Source: a virus. From it: a stretch of 64,000 nucleotides of DNA. The position numbers and the translations under genes were made by a program. Of this stretch, positions 9,279 through 18,651 are shown in pieces. The stretch covers positions 1 to 64,000 of the IMG/VR virus record IMGVR_UViG_3300032163_000002. One strand, given 5' to 3'. The notes below the pieces were generated by a model that saw only the letters and a program-made list of their open reading frames with translations, searched no databases and had not been told where the DNA came from. Position 1 is the stretch's first letter; each line of letters begins with the position of its first letter.

Positions 9279-10663
9279 GCTTTCGTCTCGTCAGGCTGGT
9301 CCATCGGATATCCAGCATTAGGTTTCTTTTCAAGCGTGTCCTTCTCGTCATCTTTTTCGTCATCATCATCGAGTTCCTGCTTTGGAGTCCGGAGATTCTT
9401 CGACGTGACCAACGTAGCGAGTAGATGATCAGCTTTAGCGAGCAAATTAACGACCTCGGCAATTTCGTCGTAAAGCTCCTCAGAATCTGCTGGGCTATTC
9501 GACGAAGCAATTCCTTCAATGGTCCCGATCAAATGCGGGATGTCATCTTTATAATGTGAAAGCCGATCAAGAAGCGATTGGTCAATTTCTTCTGTCAATG
9601 GCTTAGAAGCAGAATGCTTATTTTCCAGTTTTGACCTCTTCAGATCAATACTCGTGAAAGCCATTGTAGGAGTAGAATCATTCGGTGAAGGTGAAACAGC
9701 AAAAATTACAGGAGTTACGGCATGACATCCATGACAAAAAAGATCACCTTCCATTCCCCGTTTCTTTAATGTCATGATTGTTCCACCACACTTCGGACAT
9801 TCTGCACCATAAGAATCCGCTTTGTCAGTACTCCATTCAACGCCCTCATTCAATAATTGATTAACAATTTTTCGTACAGATTCCTTATTCCACACAATCT
9901 TAACCGGTATGCGTTCATCCGGCTTTGGCCTATTCTGCTGCCGAATCTTATTAAAGTCAATCTTCTGACCCGTACCTTCACATGACGGGCAATTATCCCG
10001 CTCAATACCGGGCTTGCAGGAACACCGCTCTCCGGTCTTTGGCTGATACCCTACTTCGTAAAACAGCTTACGGCTGCTCCGGTTCACAGCTTCGCTTTTT
10101 GTTCGACCAAACCCTCCGCAAGACGAGCACCCTGCACCCTTACACTGCGGGCATAGCCCCTTGAAGCCCATCGGAACGGTGGCAATATCTCCGCTCGTCG
10201 TGTCTTCGGTGCAATCCTTGAATTTCTTGTCCATGAAATCTTCAGCAGATTCCTTGTTAAAAGTGTCATCCCAAGTAGGAGAGTCATTTCCTGCCTTATA
10301 TTCCCGCTCCTTACCACCAATACCGGGGCGATGCAACCTGTCTAACGCAGCTTTCCGCCTCGCTGCACCGTCTTCGGCAGATTCTTCTTTTTCATCATCA
10401 CCCATTAAAGTCATACAAGTCTGACAAAGATCACTACCAGCTTTACGAGGGCTCTCCCCACAAGCGCTACAAAGAGGAGCTTCACCAGTCGGTGTACCTT
10501 CATCATCATCAGGCCCGAATTCGCCCTCCATCAAAGATTTCGTAATGCAAGGGTTTCTCACAAGCGTAGATTTTCGATTAAAAAAATTCTCAACCGGGCG
10601 CTCTTCTTCAGCGACTCTACCGGGCAAATGACGTAGGACATCTGACATTTTCAGTCTCCCCAT
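9275..10663 (-). CDS. Acidic, Cys-rich multi-module polyprotein (putative head cargo)
   Basis: Several CxxC mini-domains separated by Glu sites incl. ESVRKIVNQLLNE; probable start at 10648. Confidence 0.7.
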   Translation of the reverse strand: MGRLKMSDVLRHLPGRVAEEERPVENFFNRKSTLVRNPCITKSLMEGEFGPDDDEGTPTGEAPLCSACGESPRKAGSDLCQTCMTLMGDDEKEESAEDGAARRKAALDRLHRPGIGGKEREYKAGNDSPTWDDTFNKESAEDFMDKKFKDCTEDTTSGDIATVPMGFKGLCPQCKGAGCSSCGGFGRTKSEAVNRSSRKLFYEVGYQPKTGERCSCKPGIERDNCPSCEGTGQKIDFNKIRQQNRPKPDERIPVKIVWNKESVRKIVNQLLNEGVEWSTDKADSYGAECPKCGGTIMTLKKRGMEGDLFCHGCHAVTPVIFAVSPSPNDSTPTMAFTSIDLKRSKLENKHSASKPLTEEIDQSLLDRLSHYKDDIPHLIGTIEGIASSNSPADSEELYDEIAEVVNLLAKADHLLATLVTSKNLRTPKQELDDDDEKDDEKDTLEKKPNAGYPMDQPDETKA

Positions 10664-10671
10664 TTAGATAG

Positions 10672-11610
10672 TTACTCTAGAAGACTATTTATAATTCTCT
10701 TAACAGATTCATTCTCTCCAGCAACCTTCTTCTTAAGCTTTATCCATCTGTCAACTGCGGCTCTTTTCTTTTGATCGGGAGTTGCATATTTCTGAAGATT
10801 AGCATCAACAGTGGAAGTACCAGATATTTCTTTATGACCTTTAATTCCAGACCCCGGACCACCTTCTACCAGATATCCTACGATCCGACTGACAGCTTCC
10901 GGAACTCCCCCAAGACTTCTATCTACACGCCCACCACGAGAACACGCACCACAGATGAACGTGTTCTTTTCCAAGCAGGGAGAAGCTCCGTGGGGAGGGT
11001 CCGTCGGCCTTCCAACACTCCGAGCAGGGCACAGCGCGCCTTCCTTGGCCCACCGAAGGCAGTCAGGATGCCCACAGAGCGGCTCAGCATCTTCTCTGAT
11101 GGACTCGTTCTTCTTACGGAGTGTTTCAATAGCGGCTGATCGTTCCTCGCGGGACATATCAGCGTACTTACCTCCGCCAACATAAGCGTCATAGGCATCT
11201 TTTTGGTCCTTCGGACTCCAGTCTTCTGTCCCGGCAATATGCCCCTTATCTTCTTCACAAATGGATTCATCCTTTCCAGCCGTGTCGATGTCATAAAAGG
11301 GTGCCCATTCCTTGACAGCCACACTATTTCGTCTTCCAGCACGCAGGTCTTCCTTGACAGCGTCTTCGACATAACGCTGACCATCACCTGTTAACGGGTT
11401 TTCTAGAAATTTATTGCAAGAATCACAATGCTGAGGAGAATCTGCTTCGCCTCCACCATCCGAATACGGCCCCTTCGGAAAATCGTCAGAATCATAAGTA
11501 TTTTCGTCATTCGGATCATCGGGAGCTTTTCCAGCACGGGTTAGTTCTTTTTTGACCTTTTCTCCACAAGGGCCACACAGAAGCGCGGCCTGATACATAT
11601 AAGCGTCCAT
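10672..11610 (-). CDS. Multi-module polyprotein (putative head cargo)
   Basis: EAVSRIVGYLVE, C-terminal ESVKRIINSLLE, KxESIxE linkers, GGPGSG..GH motif. Confidence 0.7.
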   Translation of the reverse strand: MDAYMYQAALLCGPCGEKVKKELTRAGKAPDDPNDENTYDSDDFPKGPYSDGGGEADSPQHCDSCNKFLENPLTGDGQRYVEDAVKEDLRAGRRNSVAVKEWAPFYDIDTAGKDESICEEDKGHIAGTEDWSPKDQKDAYDAYVGGGKYADMSREERSAAIETLRKKNESIREDAEPLCGHPDCLRWAKEGALCPARSVGRPTDPPHGASPCLEKNTFICGACSRGGRVDRSLGGVPEAVSRIVGYLVEGGPGSGIKGHKEISGTSTVDANLQKYATPDQKKRAAVDRWIKLKKKVAGENESVKRIINSLLE

Positions 11611-11613
11611 CTG

Positions 11614-12084
11614 TTATTCTCCTTCGTTCGGATCGACGCCAACCGTCAGCGCCCCTTTACAGAAAGGACAAGCATCCTGTTCTTCATCATCCAGACGCCC
11701 ATCCGAATCCTTGTGGCCCCGCTCGTGTCCTTCAATAAACAAGTTGTAAAGATCAGCCTTCACGTAATCGAATTCACGTAGAAGTCTGTTCACAATATGC
11801 GGAACTTTTCCCTCATCACGAGAAGACCCTTGAGACTGATCTTCAATACCGTGATAGATTTCTGCGTAATATTGTATCAACGCTGTAATTGCTGCGTCGT
11901 TTTTGTGGTATTCTGCTATCGCTTGCTGGTAACTCTCAGGTTTTAATTGATAATCACGACCATGCGGAGAAACTTCCGACATAAGTTTTTTGGCTTCTTG
12001 AAGCACCTCATAAACATCTCGCACGTTATTTAGCAATGAACTACGAGATGTGCCATTCAAATTAACAGTAGGTATGGTTGCCAT
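11614..12084 (-). CDS. Tagged two-domain protein
   Basis: PTVNLNGTS...PHGRDY domain then HIVNRLLRE. Confidence 0.7.
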   Translation of the reverse strand: MATIPTVNLNGTSRSSLLNNVRDVYEVLQEAKKLMSEVSPHGRDYQLKPESYQQAIAEYHKNDAAITALIQYYAEIYHGIEDQSQGSSRDEGKVPHIVNRLLREFDYVKADLYNLFIEGHERGHKDSDGRLDDEEQDACPFCKGALTVGVDPNEGE

Positions 12085-12098
12085 TACTACACCTTCTC

Positions 12099-12233
12099 TT
12101 AGATAGTCGTTTCAAGAAGACGAAAAACAATACGAAGATCATCAGGGAGCTGATCTGGAACAGAAAACGCCCCACGAAGCGTATTAAATTTACCCGCAAT
12201 AGGTGATTTTTTCTGCCAGTCTGAAAGAGTCAT
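12099..12233 (-). CDS. 44-aa peptide ending in tag-like motif
   Basis: Manual translation MTLSDWQKKSPIAGKFNTLRGAFSVPDQLPDDLRIVFRLLETTI; exactly fills gap between genes. Confidence 0.5.
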   Translation of the reverse strand: MTLSDWQKKSPIAGKFNTLRGAFSVPDQLPDDLRIVFRLLETTI

Positions 12234-12238
12234 GAGTT

Positions 12239-12907
12239 TCAGCCCTCCTCTATGATTTTTTCAAACGCCGTTGCATCAAAACCACGCGATTCGTCGTACC
12301 AAACAACATCTACGCGCTCGATAACCTTCCGCACAGTGCGCACATCGACAATAGGAAGAGGCAACCAAGCTTCTAATTCAAATGTGATGGTCATACGAAT
12401 TTCACGGTCCGATTCCATATCTGGCTCAAGTTCAGTAAGATCCTGTACACCCTTTTCAAAAAGGGCAACACGCTTTTTCCCCCATCCCTCCCCAAGATCA
12501 ACCGTCAAATACCGGCGCCTGCGAGGAAATTTCTGAAGCGTCAAAGCCGTCAGAATATTCGCATCGTCCCTGAATTTTGCCCAAATATCAAGCTGGTATC
12601 CAATATCGTAAGCCATAGGGTGTTGAGATTGTTTGACAAAATTCAGATCATCAGACCACGCCAATTTTCTGTGAACAACCGGATTATACCGCTCCTCGGA
12701 TCGAATCCAATTCAATCGAGTTACAACCATCGCTGGCAAACGTACAGTTTGATCCCCGCGAAAAGGCACCTCAGATTTGTTCTCTGGAAACATTTCTGAT
12801 TGTTTACCATATTCCCTGCGGGGCGTAGCAAAGCCAATCGGCACGAAGTCCTTTTCCAACGTGAGCCGAAGAAAATTAAAGACGGCAAAATCATATTTTC
12901 GAAGCAC
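12239..12907 (-). CDS. Tail terminator / sheath stabiliser (gp15-like)
   Basis: LPAMVVTR...P.AYDIGYQLDIWAK...D...L..Q...F pattern and position. Confidence 0.65.
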   Translation of the reverse strand: MLRKYDFAVFNFLRLTLEKDFVPIGFATPRREYGKQSEMFPENKSEVPFRGDQTVRLPAMVVTRLNWIRSEERYNPVVHRKLAWSDDLNFVKQSQHPMAYDIGYQLDIWAKFRDDANILTALTLQKFPRRRRYLTVDLGEGWGKKRVALFEKGVQDLTELEPDMESDREIRMTITFELEAWLPLPIVDVRTVRKVIERVDVVWYDESRGFDATAFEKIIEEG

Positions 12908-12910
12908 AGA

Positions 12911-13465
12911 TTACTCGCCTGATTTCGCAGCCCTTAATGCCCGATTCGCTGCTCCAACAGGAGACGTTCCACTGTCATACCAGTCCCGCAAAGGAACATC
13001 TGGTAAATCGTGAATAGACATCCCCCCACGCTTCCATACAGCGTCATCCACCTGCTTCAGCCATTCCTCAAATGACAACTTTTGAGCTTCAGCCAGAAGT
13101 CGAGACACGATACGTTCAGTAGCTTCTTTTTTCTGCCAATCAACCGGAACAGGCATCCGTTGACCCGGAAGCTTCAAACCGGGGCAATCACATTTCGGTA
13201 AAGCACGACAAGAATCACCTATTCCTGTTGACCCATCCCAATCATTCTGTCCATGTATTACCGCAGCGTGACCACAATTAAGACACTTAAGGATACCTTC
13301 TGCCTCGTCCACATCTTCCCTTTCCTTTTTCAAAATACCAGTACCTTTATCTGCCTGATTGAATTCCTTTCCCACAGACTGAGGAATTCCCATCTTCTTT
13401 GCAAACGAAGCAGAATGGGCAACACCGGCCATTGTTCTAGCTTGCTTTTTTGAGACTGAAGGCAT
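12911..13465 (-). CDS. Three-module tagged protein
   Basis: MPSVSKKQ..MAGVAH..FAKKMGIPQSVGKEF basic module; CxxCGH Zn module; EATERIVSRLLAE; C-terminal DLPDV..RDWYDSG module. Confidence 0.7.
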   Translation of the reverse strand: MPSVSKKQARTMAGVAHSASFAKKMGIPQSVGKEFNQADKGTGILKKEREDVDEAEGILKCLNCGHAAVIHGQNDWDGSTGIGDSCRALPKCDCPGLKLPGQRMPVPVDWQKKEATERIVSRLLAEAQKLSFEEWLKQVDDAVWKRGGMSIHDLPDVPLRDWYDSGTSPVGAANRALRAAKSGE

Positions 13466-13474
13466 GACCTACTC

Positions 13475-13912
13475 CTACTTATCCCCTTCGTAACGAGCAA
13501 AAATATTACCAGTGTGAGGATCACTCAAAACTGCGCGAATATGCCCTGTGGTCCACACCGTAGCGAGTTTTTCCTGCACAAATTTCTCAAGAGTATCCTC
13601 ATTGGCAGTACCATAATTTGACCACGGCTCTGAACCGCGATTTCCACTTGAAGTACGAAATTCCACTACAAAACGCTGCGTCTGTGCTGCGGCATCTTCC
13701 AACAAACTATTTACAATATCTCGCACACGCGCTTCATTAGTTCCAGCCCATACGTCCTTACCGATTTTTGTAGCTCGTTTATCTCCATCCTTCGGCTCAA
13801 ACCCACCCTTGCTCCGCCAATCCCAATAACCCTTCAAAAGTTCAAGAGTTGTATTCGGGTCTTCAGCGTTAAGAGCAGTTTCCGCGCGAGCCAAAGCAAT
13901 TTCGGGGTCCAT
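13475..13912 (-). CDS. Two-module tagged protein
   Basis: Start re-called at MDPEIALA (GAGGAG RBS); internal EARVRDIVNSLLE. Confidence 0.7.
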   Translation of the reverse strand: MDPEIALARAETALNAEDPNTTLELLKGYWDWRSKGGFEPKDGDKRATKIGKDVWAGTNEARVRDIVNSLLEDAAAQTQRFVVEFRTSSGNRGSEPWSNYGTANEDTLEKFVQEKLATVWTTGHIRAVLSDPHTGNIFARYEGDK

Positions 13913-13934
13913 ATGTATCTCCTCACTAGGATAG

Positions 13935-14549
13935 TTAACCACGAGCTTGCTTCAAACGTTTTCGAATATCTTCCCGAATATCTTTGACAATTTCACGCCG
14001 AAGCGTTTTCATTTCAATTTTCCAACGCTTAATCGCAGGTCTCCAATGTGGACGTGGAGGCATTCCACCTTTTAACGTAACAGTACCTTTATACTTTCCA
14101 CCTCTCGGGCCACGTATGACAACTTTACGCTGTCGAGTACCATATTCAAGCCACTTAGCAAGCAAAGCATAAGAAAGTGTACGAATTTTGAAACCCTGCT
14201 TCGTCTTGATGACATCATAGCGCGTCTTCCGAGTCAACCCGATTATTGCCCCGAATTTGGTTTTTTCTACCCCAATAGCCCGGATATATTTCGTCGTGGC
14301 AATCAAAATACGCGGGTCCAACCCCTTACGAATTTTCCACCGCAAATATGCCGGAGAAAGCGGCATGTGGTGGAGACGTTGACTGTAAATGTCATTACGA
14401 AGCCCCTGCGCCATTTTCTTCGCAGAATCGTAAACTCGCCCCCTCACTCGAAGAACGAGCGGCCCCGGATTACCCGGTGTCCCAAATGCCTGCGCCACAA
14501 TATACGTAGGCCGAACTTTGGGCGCGATGACCTGCGCGCAGATTCTCAA
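13935..14549 (-). CDS. Virion morphogenesis / tail-completion protein (HK97 gp10-like)
   Basis: PLSPAY...K...LIAT; WLEYGT...MPPRPHWRP; very basic. Confidence 0.7.
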   Translation of the reverse strand: MRICAQVIAPKVRPTYIVAQAFGTPGNPGPLVLRVRGRVYDSAKKMAQGLRNDIYSQRLHHMPLSPAYLRWKIRKGLDPRILIATTKYIRAIGVEKTKFGAIIGLTRKTRYDVIKTKQGFKIRTLSYALLAKWLEYGTRQRKVVIRGPRGGKYKGTVTLKGGMPPRPHWRPAIKRWKIEMKTLRREIVKDIREDIRKRLKQARG

Positions 14550-14551
14550 AG

Positions 14552-15205
14552 CTAGTTATTGCCACCGTGGATTTTTCCGTCATCCCCTACATAAAGATCG
14601 TAAGTTCCAAAAGATTTACAAGCATCAGAAAGCTTCTTGAATACCGGGTCATCACCCTCATCCCAAAAACCCGCGCCATGACCATTCCGGTTCAACCAGA
14701 AATCGTGTCCCGCGCGGTCATCTTTGAGCCCTGATTCTGCGAGATCCTTTTCATTTTTCTGTACGAACGAATTGCAATCATTTTTCATTTCAGAACGTGT
14801 AGCCGAATCAAGATCCTCCGGTCCATAATTTTTGTCGAGCGGTTCACCCCCGCTGGGTGTAGATTCATCCGTAGATGACCAAAGCGCGCATTCAATATAA
14901 GCATTAACGAACCGGTTGCTCGCTGACTCCGTCAGCTTCTCCCCTGCCGGACACCCTGACTCCCCATATTGCATACCAAAAATAGCCAAAAAACCGGGAC
15001 TCAACTGGTCGTATAAATCATCTGCTTTCTGCTTGTCTTCACTTGACATGGAAGCAGGATATGTAGGAATAGCTTTTCTCTTTGCCCACTTTACACCAAG
15101 CTTCTTCATAGAAGCATAAAGCTCTAAATCTTTATTATTCGGCTTGGTCTCAGCTTCTTTCACTTCCTCAAATAACTGCGTAAAATATTTTCCATGTAAA
15201 CTCAT
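14552..15205 (-). CDS. Multi-module protein (putative head cargo)
   Basis: KLTE|S then AYIECALWSS...GHDFWLNRNGHGAGFWD domain. Confidence 0.65.
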   Translation of the reverse strand: MSLHGKYFTQLFEEVKEAETKPNNKDLELYASMKKLGVKWAKRKAIPTYPASMSSEDKQKADDLYDQLSPGFLAIFGMQYGESGCPAGEKLTESASNRFVNAYIECALWSSTDESTPSGGEPLDKNYGPEDLDSATRSEMKNDCNSFVQKNEKDLAESGLKDDRAGHDFWLNRNGHGAGFWDEGDDPVFKKLSDACKSFGTYDLYVGDDGKIHGGNN

Positions 15206-15705
15206 TCTCCACCCCTTCTAAGCTGTGATACCGGATAAATGGCATCTTCCTGCACTGTGCGCGGCTTCGTCGTAATTGACTCAGGACGCACACGAATAAG
15301 TTCTACTTCAAAAGTCATCGGAATTTGACTATTAAAAAAATAGTCACGAGGGTTATCCTGCACGATCTTGTAGCATTCCTGCTCGACGACGATATGATCG
15401 CCAATGCTGGGGCGGACAACCCCCGCTTCTGCAAAAGAATCATAGAAGAAAAATGCTTTGAAGTTCCGCTTTTCATCAAGCCCGAATTTTGTCAGCTTCG
15501 CTTTCCACTCAGGAAGCTCAGGAAAATATGCAGCTATCTGATATGTTGGTATGTTCGTTGGCTTCATGTTTCCAAAAGTCTTGTCAAGATTCTCTCCATA
15601 AAGTTGATCGCCTGTCTGCTTATCATAAATATACACATCCACAATTTTCATGAACCGAGCATAAAGTTCCCTATTTATGCGTTTCCAATACGTCAAATCA
15701 CTCAC
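15202..15705 (-). CDS. Head-closure / neck protein (gp14-like)
   Basis: DQLYGE...LTKFGLD...PSIGDHI...YKI pattern; position after gp13. Confidence 0.65.
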   Translation of the reverse strand: MSDLTYWKRINRELYARFMKIVDVYIYDKQTGDQLYGENLDKTFGNMKPTNIPTYQIAAYFPELPEWKAKLTKFGLDEKRNFKAFFFYDSFAEAGVVRPSIGDHIVVEQECYKIVQDNPRDYFFNSQIPMTFEVELIRVRPESITTKPRTVQEDAIYPVSQLRRGGE

Positions 15706-15872
15706 GAATCTACCTCCAATAAAGCCCGCATAGAAAAAACGGGTGCCTGTTCCGTGTCTTCCACAAGAGCAGGCAGAGGTAGCACAGAAAAAATCAAAGC
15801 AATCTCTTTCTCCTTCACCTCAACAGGTAAAGGCAGAAAAGAGAAAACCAAAACATTCGCATCAGAATTCAT
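15702..15872 (-). CDS. 56-aa protein with three internal repeats
   Basis: Manual translation with LVFSFLPLP / LIFSVLPLP / PVFSMRAL; coupled to both neighbours. Confidence 0.55.
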   Translation of the reverse strand: MNSDANVLVFSFLPLPVEVKEKEIALIFSVLPLPALVEDTEQAPVFSMRALLEVDS

Positions 15873-16468
15873 TATTTCCTTAAAATAGCTCTAACTCGTT
15901 CAACAAGAGTAGCAAAATTACGTTCCTCTTTTCGTTCCTGTTTTTCAATATGTGCTCGTAATGCTTCAAGCCCCTCAATACGTGTTTGTAATGCTTCAAC
16001 TCCTTCAAGAGGGACAGGATTAGCAGCACTCGTTATCGTTGGTTTTGGTTCAATTCTTATTTGAATAACTGGAGAATTTGTATCAAGTTGTAAAATAAGC
16101 GGTTTACACGTAGTCCGAGGCGGATCACAATCAAACGTTATGGTGTAGCTTCGTGTCGGAGGAAACGGCGTCGGCGTGACAGAGGGGACAGCCGGGGGCG
16201 GGGACGGTGTGAGAGACGTGGGGGCCGTAGGCGTTACGGTGGGAGTCAAGGAAGGCGTAGGTGTCGGCGTAGGAGTGGTAGCTGCCGTCGCCGTAGGCGG
16301 TAGGGTCGGGGTCGGCGTCCGGTAAGGCGTGGGCGTTTGCGTGGGGATCTTTACTGGCCCTCCTCGCAGAAACGCCTTCTTTTGTGGCACGTCTACACAC
16401 GAAATCATCATCCCGAAAATCAGACATAATCCTCCAAAAAAAGTCGCAACCTTTTTCTCCCACCGCAT
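15872..16468 (-). CDS. Putative lipoprotein with Pro/Thr linker and C-terminal coiled coil
   Basis: MRWEKK + hydrophobic stretch + ISC; long TP-rich tract. Confidence 0.55.
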   Translation of the reverse strand: MRWEKKVATFFGGLCLIFGMMISCVDVPQKKAFLRGGPVKIPTQTPTPYRTPTPTLPPTATAATTPTPTPTPSLTPTVTPTAPTSLTPSPPPAVPSVTPTPFPPTRSYTITFDCDPPRTTCKPLILQLDTNSPVIQIRIEPKPTITSAANPVPLEGVEALQTRIEGLEALRAHIEKQERKEERNFATLVERVRAILRK

Positions 16469-16476
16469 AATGCTCT

Positions 16477-17088
16477 CTACTCCCCGCCGCTCGGCTGTCC
16501 ACCGCCAGCCCACAATGTACTAACAAAGCGCGGAAAATCCCAACCAATATACCATGCTGCGACATATTGAGAATCTGCACCAAACGAAGACTGATAAAGC
16601 CCCTTAGTATGAAGGAAACCTGTCTTATAACCAACCGCCAGAATATCTGCGTCTACCAGCCCATTACCGGTTTCCCAAGTTTTCCGTCCATGAGCAATAT
16701 CATCAAGAATTTTAACCATCAGGTCTTCCGGCTTACCTTCGGAAACTAAACACATGGGGCCATTACCCGTAAGCTCGCCCTGAAAATCATATCCCTGCGA
16801 AGCATACTCGCTAACCTTATCCGGGTTAAGCGGCTTTGGGAGTTCAGGAAGTTTCTGCCCGTAAGACACTCCGTACTTTGTTTGAAATTCGGCAGGCGAT
16901 GTCGTATATTTCTTGATAAATGCCTGAGCGTCCAACTCATCAAGCTGCTCCTGAGTAGGAGCAGGTACAGGTATCGGAATTGGTACTGAAACAGCAGGTG
17001 TAACCTTCGAAGCAATATATGCAAGACCTGTTTTTGGATCTGTGAGAAGAGCAAGAATCTGAGCAAGCGGATCAGGGGTAGTAGGCAT
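16477..17088 (-). CDS. Hypothetical virion-region protein
   Basis: Strong AAAGGAG RBS; 203 aa. Confidence 0.65.
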   Translation of the reverse strand: MPTTPDPLAQILALLTDPKTGLAYIASKVTPAVSVPIPIPVPAPTQEQLDELDAQAFIKKYTTSPAEFQTKYGVSYGQKLPELPKPLNPDKVSEYASQGYDFQGELTGNGPMCLVSEGKPEDLMVKILDDIAHGRKTWETGNGLVDADILAVGYKTGFLHTKGLYQSSFGADSQYVAAWYIGWDFPRFVSTLWAGGGQPSGGE

Positions 17089-17155
17089 AATCTCTCCTTT
17101 TCTTTGGTTGATTGATGGATTAAGAAATATAGGACAATCTCAAGTTAGTCGCATC

Positions 17156-17965
17156 CTACGCAGTGAGAAATGGAAGCACATAAAGTAGCACAGGTAAAAC
17201 GAAAGGAAGAATTACAACCCCCCAACTCGGGGCTAAATCAGTTCGTGAAGCATGAAGCTCTGTTTCAAGTTTTTCTACAGCAGCTTCTGCCTCCGTAACC
17301 ATTGCGACACCATCAAGTTGAATATCCTTATTTGCACCAAGAACCATAGCAAATTTTCGCCGAACATATCCGAGTGTCAGCTTTGCTCTTGCCAACGTAT
17401 ATTTTCTTAACCACGGCTGATCCCACGAAGGCACGGTATCCGGATTCAAATGAGCCACAGTCACTACCATCATAACCTTTGCATCCGTTCCCGGCGCATA
17501 AATCCAAACCCCGGAATGATCATCGTCTTCGTGATAATCTGGCTCAGATGAAAGTTCGCGTGATGCTATTTTTGCCCACTGGCGCAAATATTCATAATAG
17601 CGGATGTCATACATCGGTGAGCGAACACCGTAATAAGCAAAAGCCCCCGAAAGCATTTGTCCTTCAATATTTGGAGATTGAAGCCCTTCCTGCGAAGGCT
17701 TAATTTGACATTCGTAAATACCCCGCACCCCCGGTGTAGTCCAAACATGATGAACAATACCCGGTGGAATTTCAAACGATTCCGTAATTCTACGCGGTTT
17801 CACTTTTGAATAAAATCCAAGCGCGTCCACAAGAGCATCTTTAATCTGGTCATCTGTCAATTCAACGTCAATAGTCGGCCAGCCAAGTTGACGCTTTACC
17901 CATGAAATATAATTCCCTTCGTCGAGTTTCTCTTGCTGTGAATCAACCGGATAAACAGCGCTCAT
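17156..17965 (-). CDS. Neck protein (gp13-like)
   Basis: RQLGWPTIDVELTDDQI; WLRKYTLARAKLTLG.VRRKF...QLDG. Confidence 0.85.
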   Translation of the reverse strand: MSAVYPVDSQQEKLDEGNYISWVKRQLGWPTIDVELTDDQIKDALVDALGFYSKVKPRRITESFEIPPGIVHHVWTTPGVRGIYECQIKPSQEGLQSPNIEGQMLSGAFAYYGVRSPMYDIRYYEYLRQWAKIASRELSSEPDYHEDDDHSGVWIYAPGTDAKVMMVVTVAHLNPDTVPSWDQPWLRKYTLARAKLTLGYVRRKFAMVLGANKDIQLDGVAMVTEAEAAVEKLETELHASRTDLAPSWGVVILPFVLPVLLYVLPFLTA

Positions 17966-17967
17966 TT

Positions 17968-18651
17968 TCAGTCTTTCGCCAGCGGCAGAAGCTTGTTAAG
18001 CATTTGCTGTCTAGAAAGCCCTGTAGTAGGAAGTTTAAGGCGTTCAAATACCTGCACAAGATCCTTATATTTCATAGCCTGAAGATGCCTCTTGGAAGGT
18101 AATGTTGGAGCCCCTACCGGAATACCGTGATGAGATTCCGCTGCCTTAACCTCGGCAAGGAACTTCGAGGAAGCTTCCGCCGCCGGGAGCGGACTACCAT
18201 CTGCCGTAGCCGGGCCAAAGTCCATGACCTCTTCAAAGACAGGAAGGGTTTTCGAAGGGGCAAAGATAGGGGCAGTGGGCCGGACAACGCCATAGGCTAC
18301 AGCCTCCATTTCGGTAATCGGGCGAAGAAGTTCTGTGATTTTGACCATTTCCTCAACGGGTTTCTGAACAACCTCTCTTGATGAAAATGAAAATACTTGT
18401 GGCACCGTCTTTCCGGACGTGTAAAGAATTGGTCCCGAATAATCAGCCCCAGCTTGCATCAAAATACGATTTTCAATGTATTGCTCGAACCCCGGTCCCC
18501 GAACAGCAGCACGACAGTTTCCTGCGAGGTTAATAAAATTCCCTTCCGGCGTGCGAATGAGCACAGCATATTGATTCATGTTGACCAGAATCGGCCCCGT
18601 TACAGCGGAATTAGCTTTCTCCACCTCTTCCAGAAGCTCGTTCATCTTCAT
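17968..18651 (-). CDS. Hypothetical protein with C-terminal small helical (Rho-N/SAP-like) segment
   Basis: LQAMKYKDL...LKL...GLSRQQML; late motif upstream. Confidence 0.55.
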   Translation of the reverse strand: MKMNELLEEVEKANSAVTGPILVNMNQYAVLIRTPEGNFINLAGNCRAAVRGPGFEQYIENRILMQAGADYSGPILYTSGKTVPQVFSFSSREVVQKPVEEMVKITELLRPITEMEAVAYGVVRPTAPIFAPSKTLPVFEEVMDFGPATADGSPLPAAEASSKFLAEVKAAESHHGIPVGAPTLPSKRHLQAMKYKDLVQVFERLKLPTTGLSRQQMLNKLLPLAKD

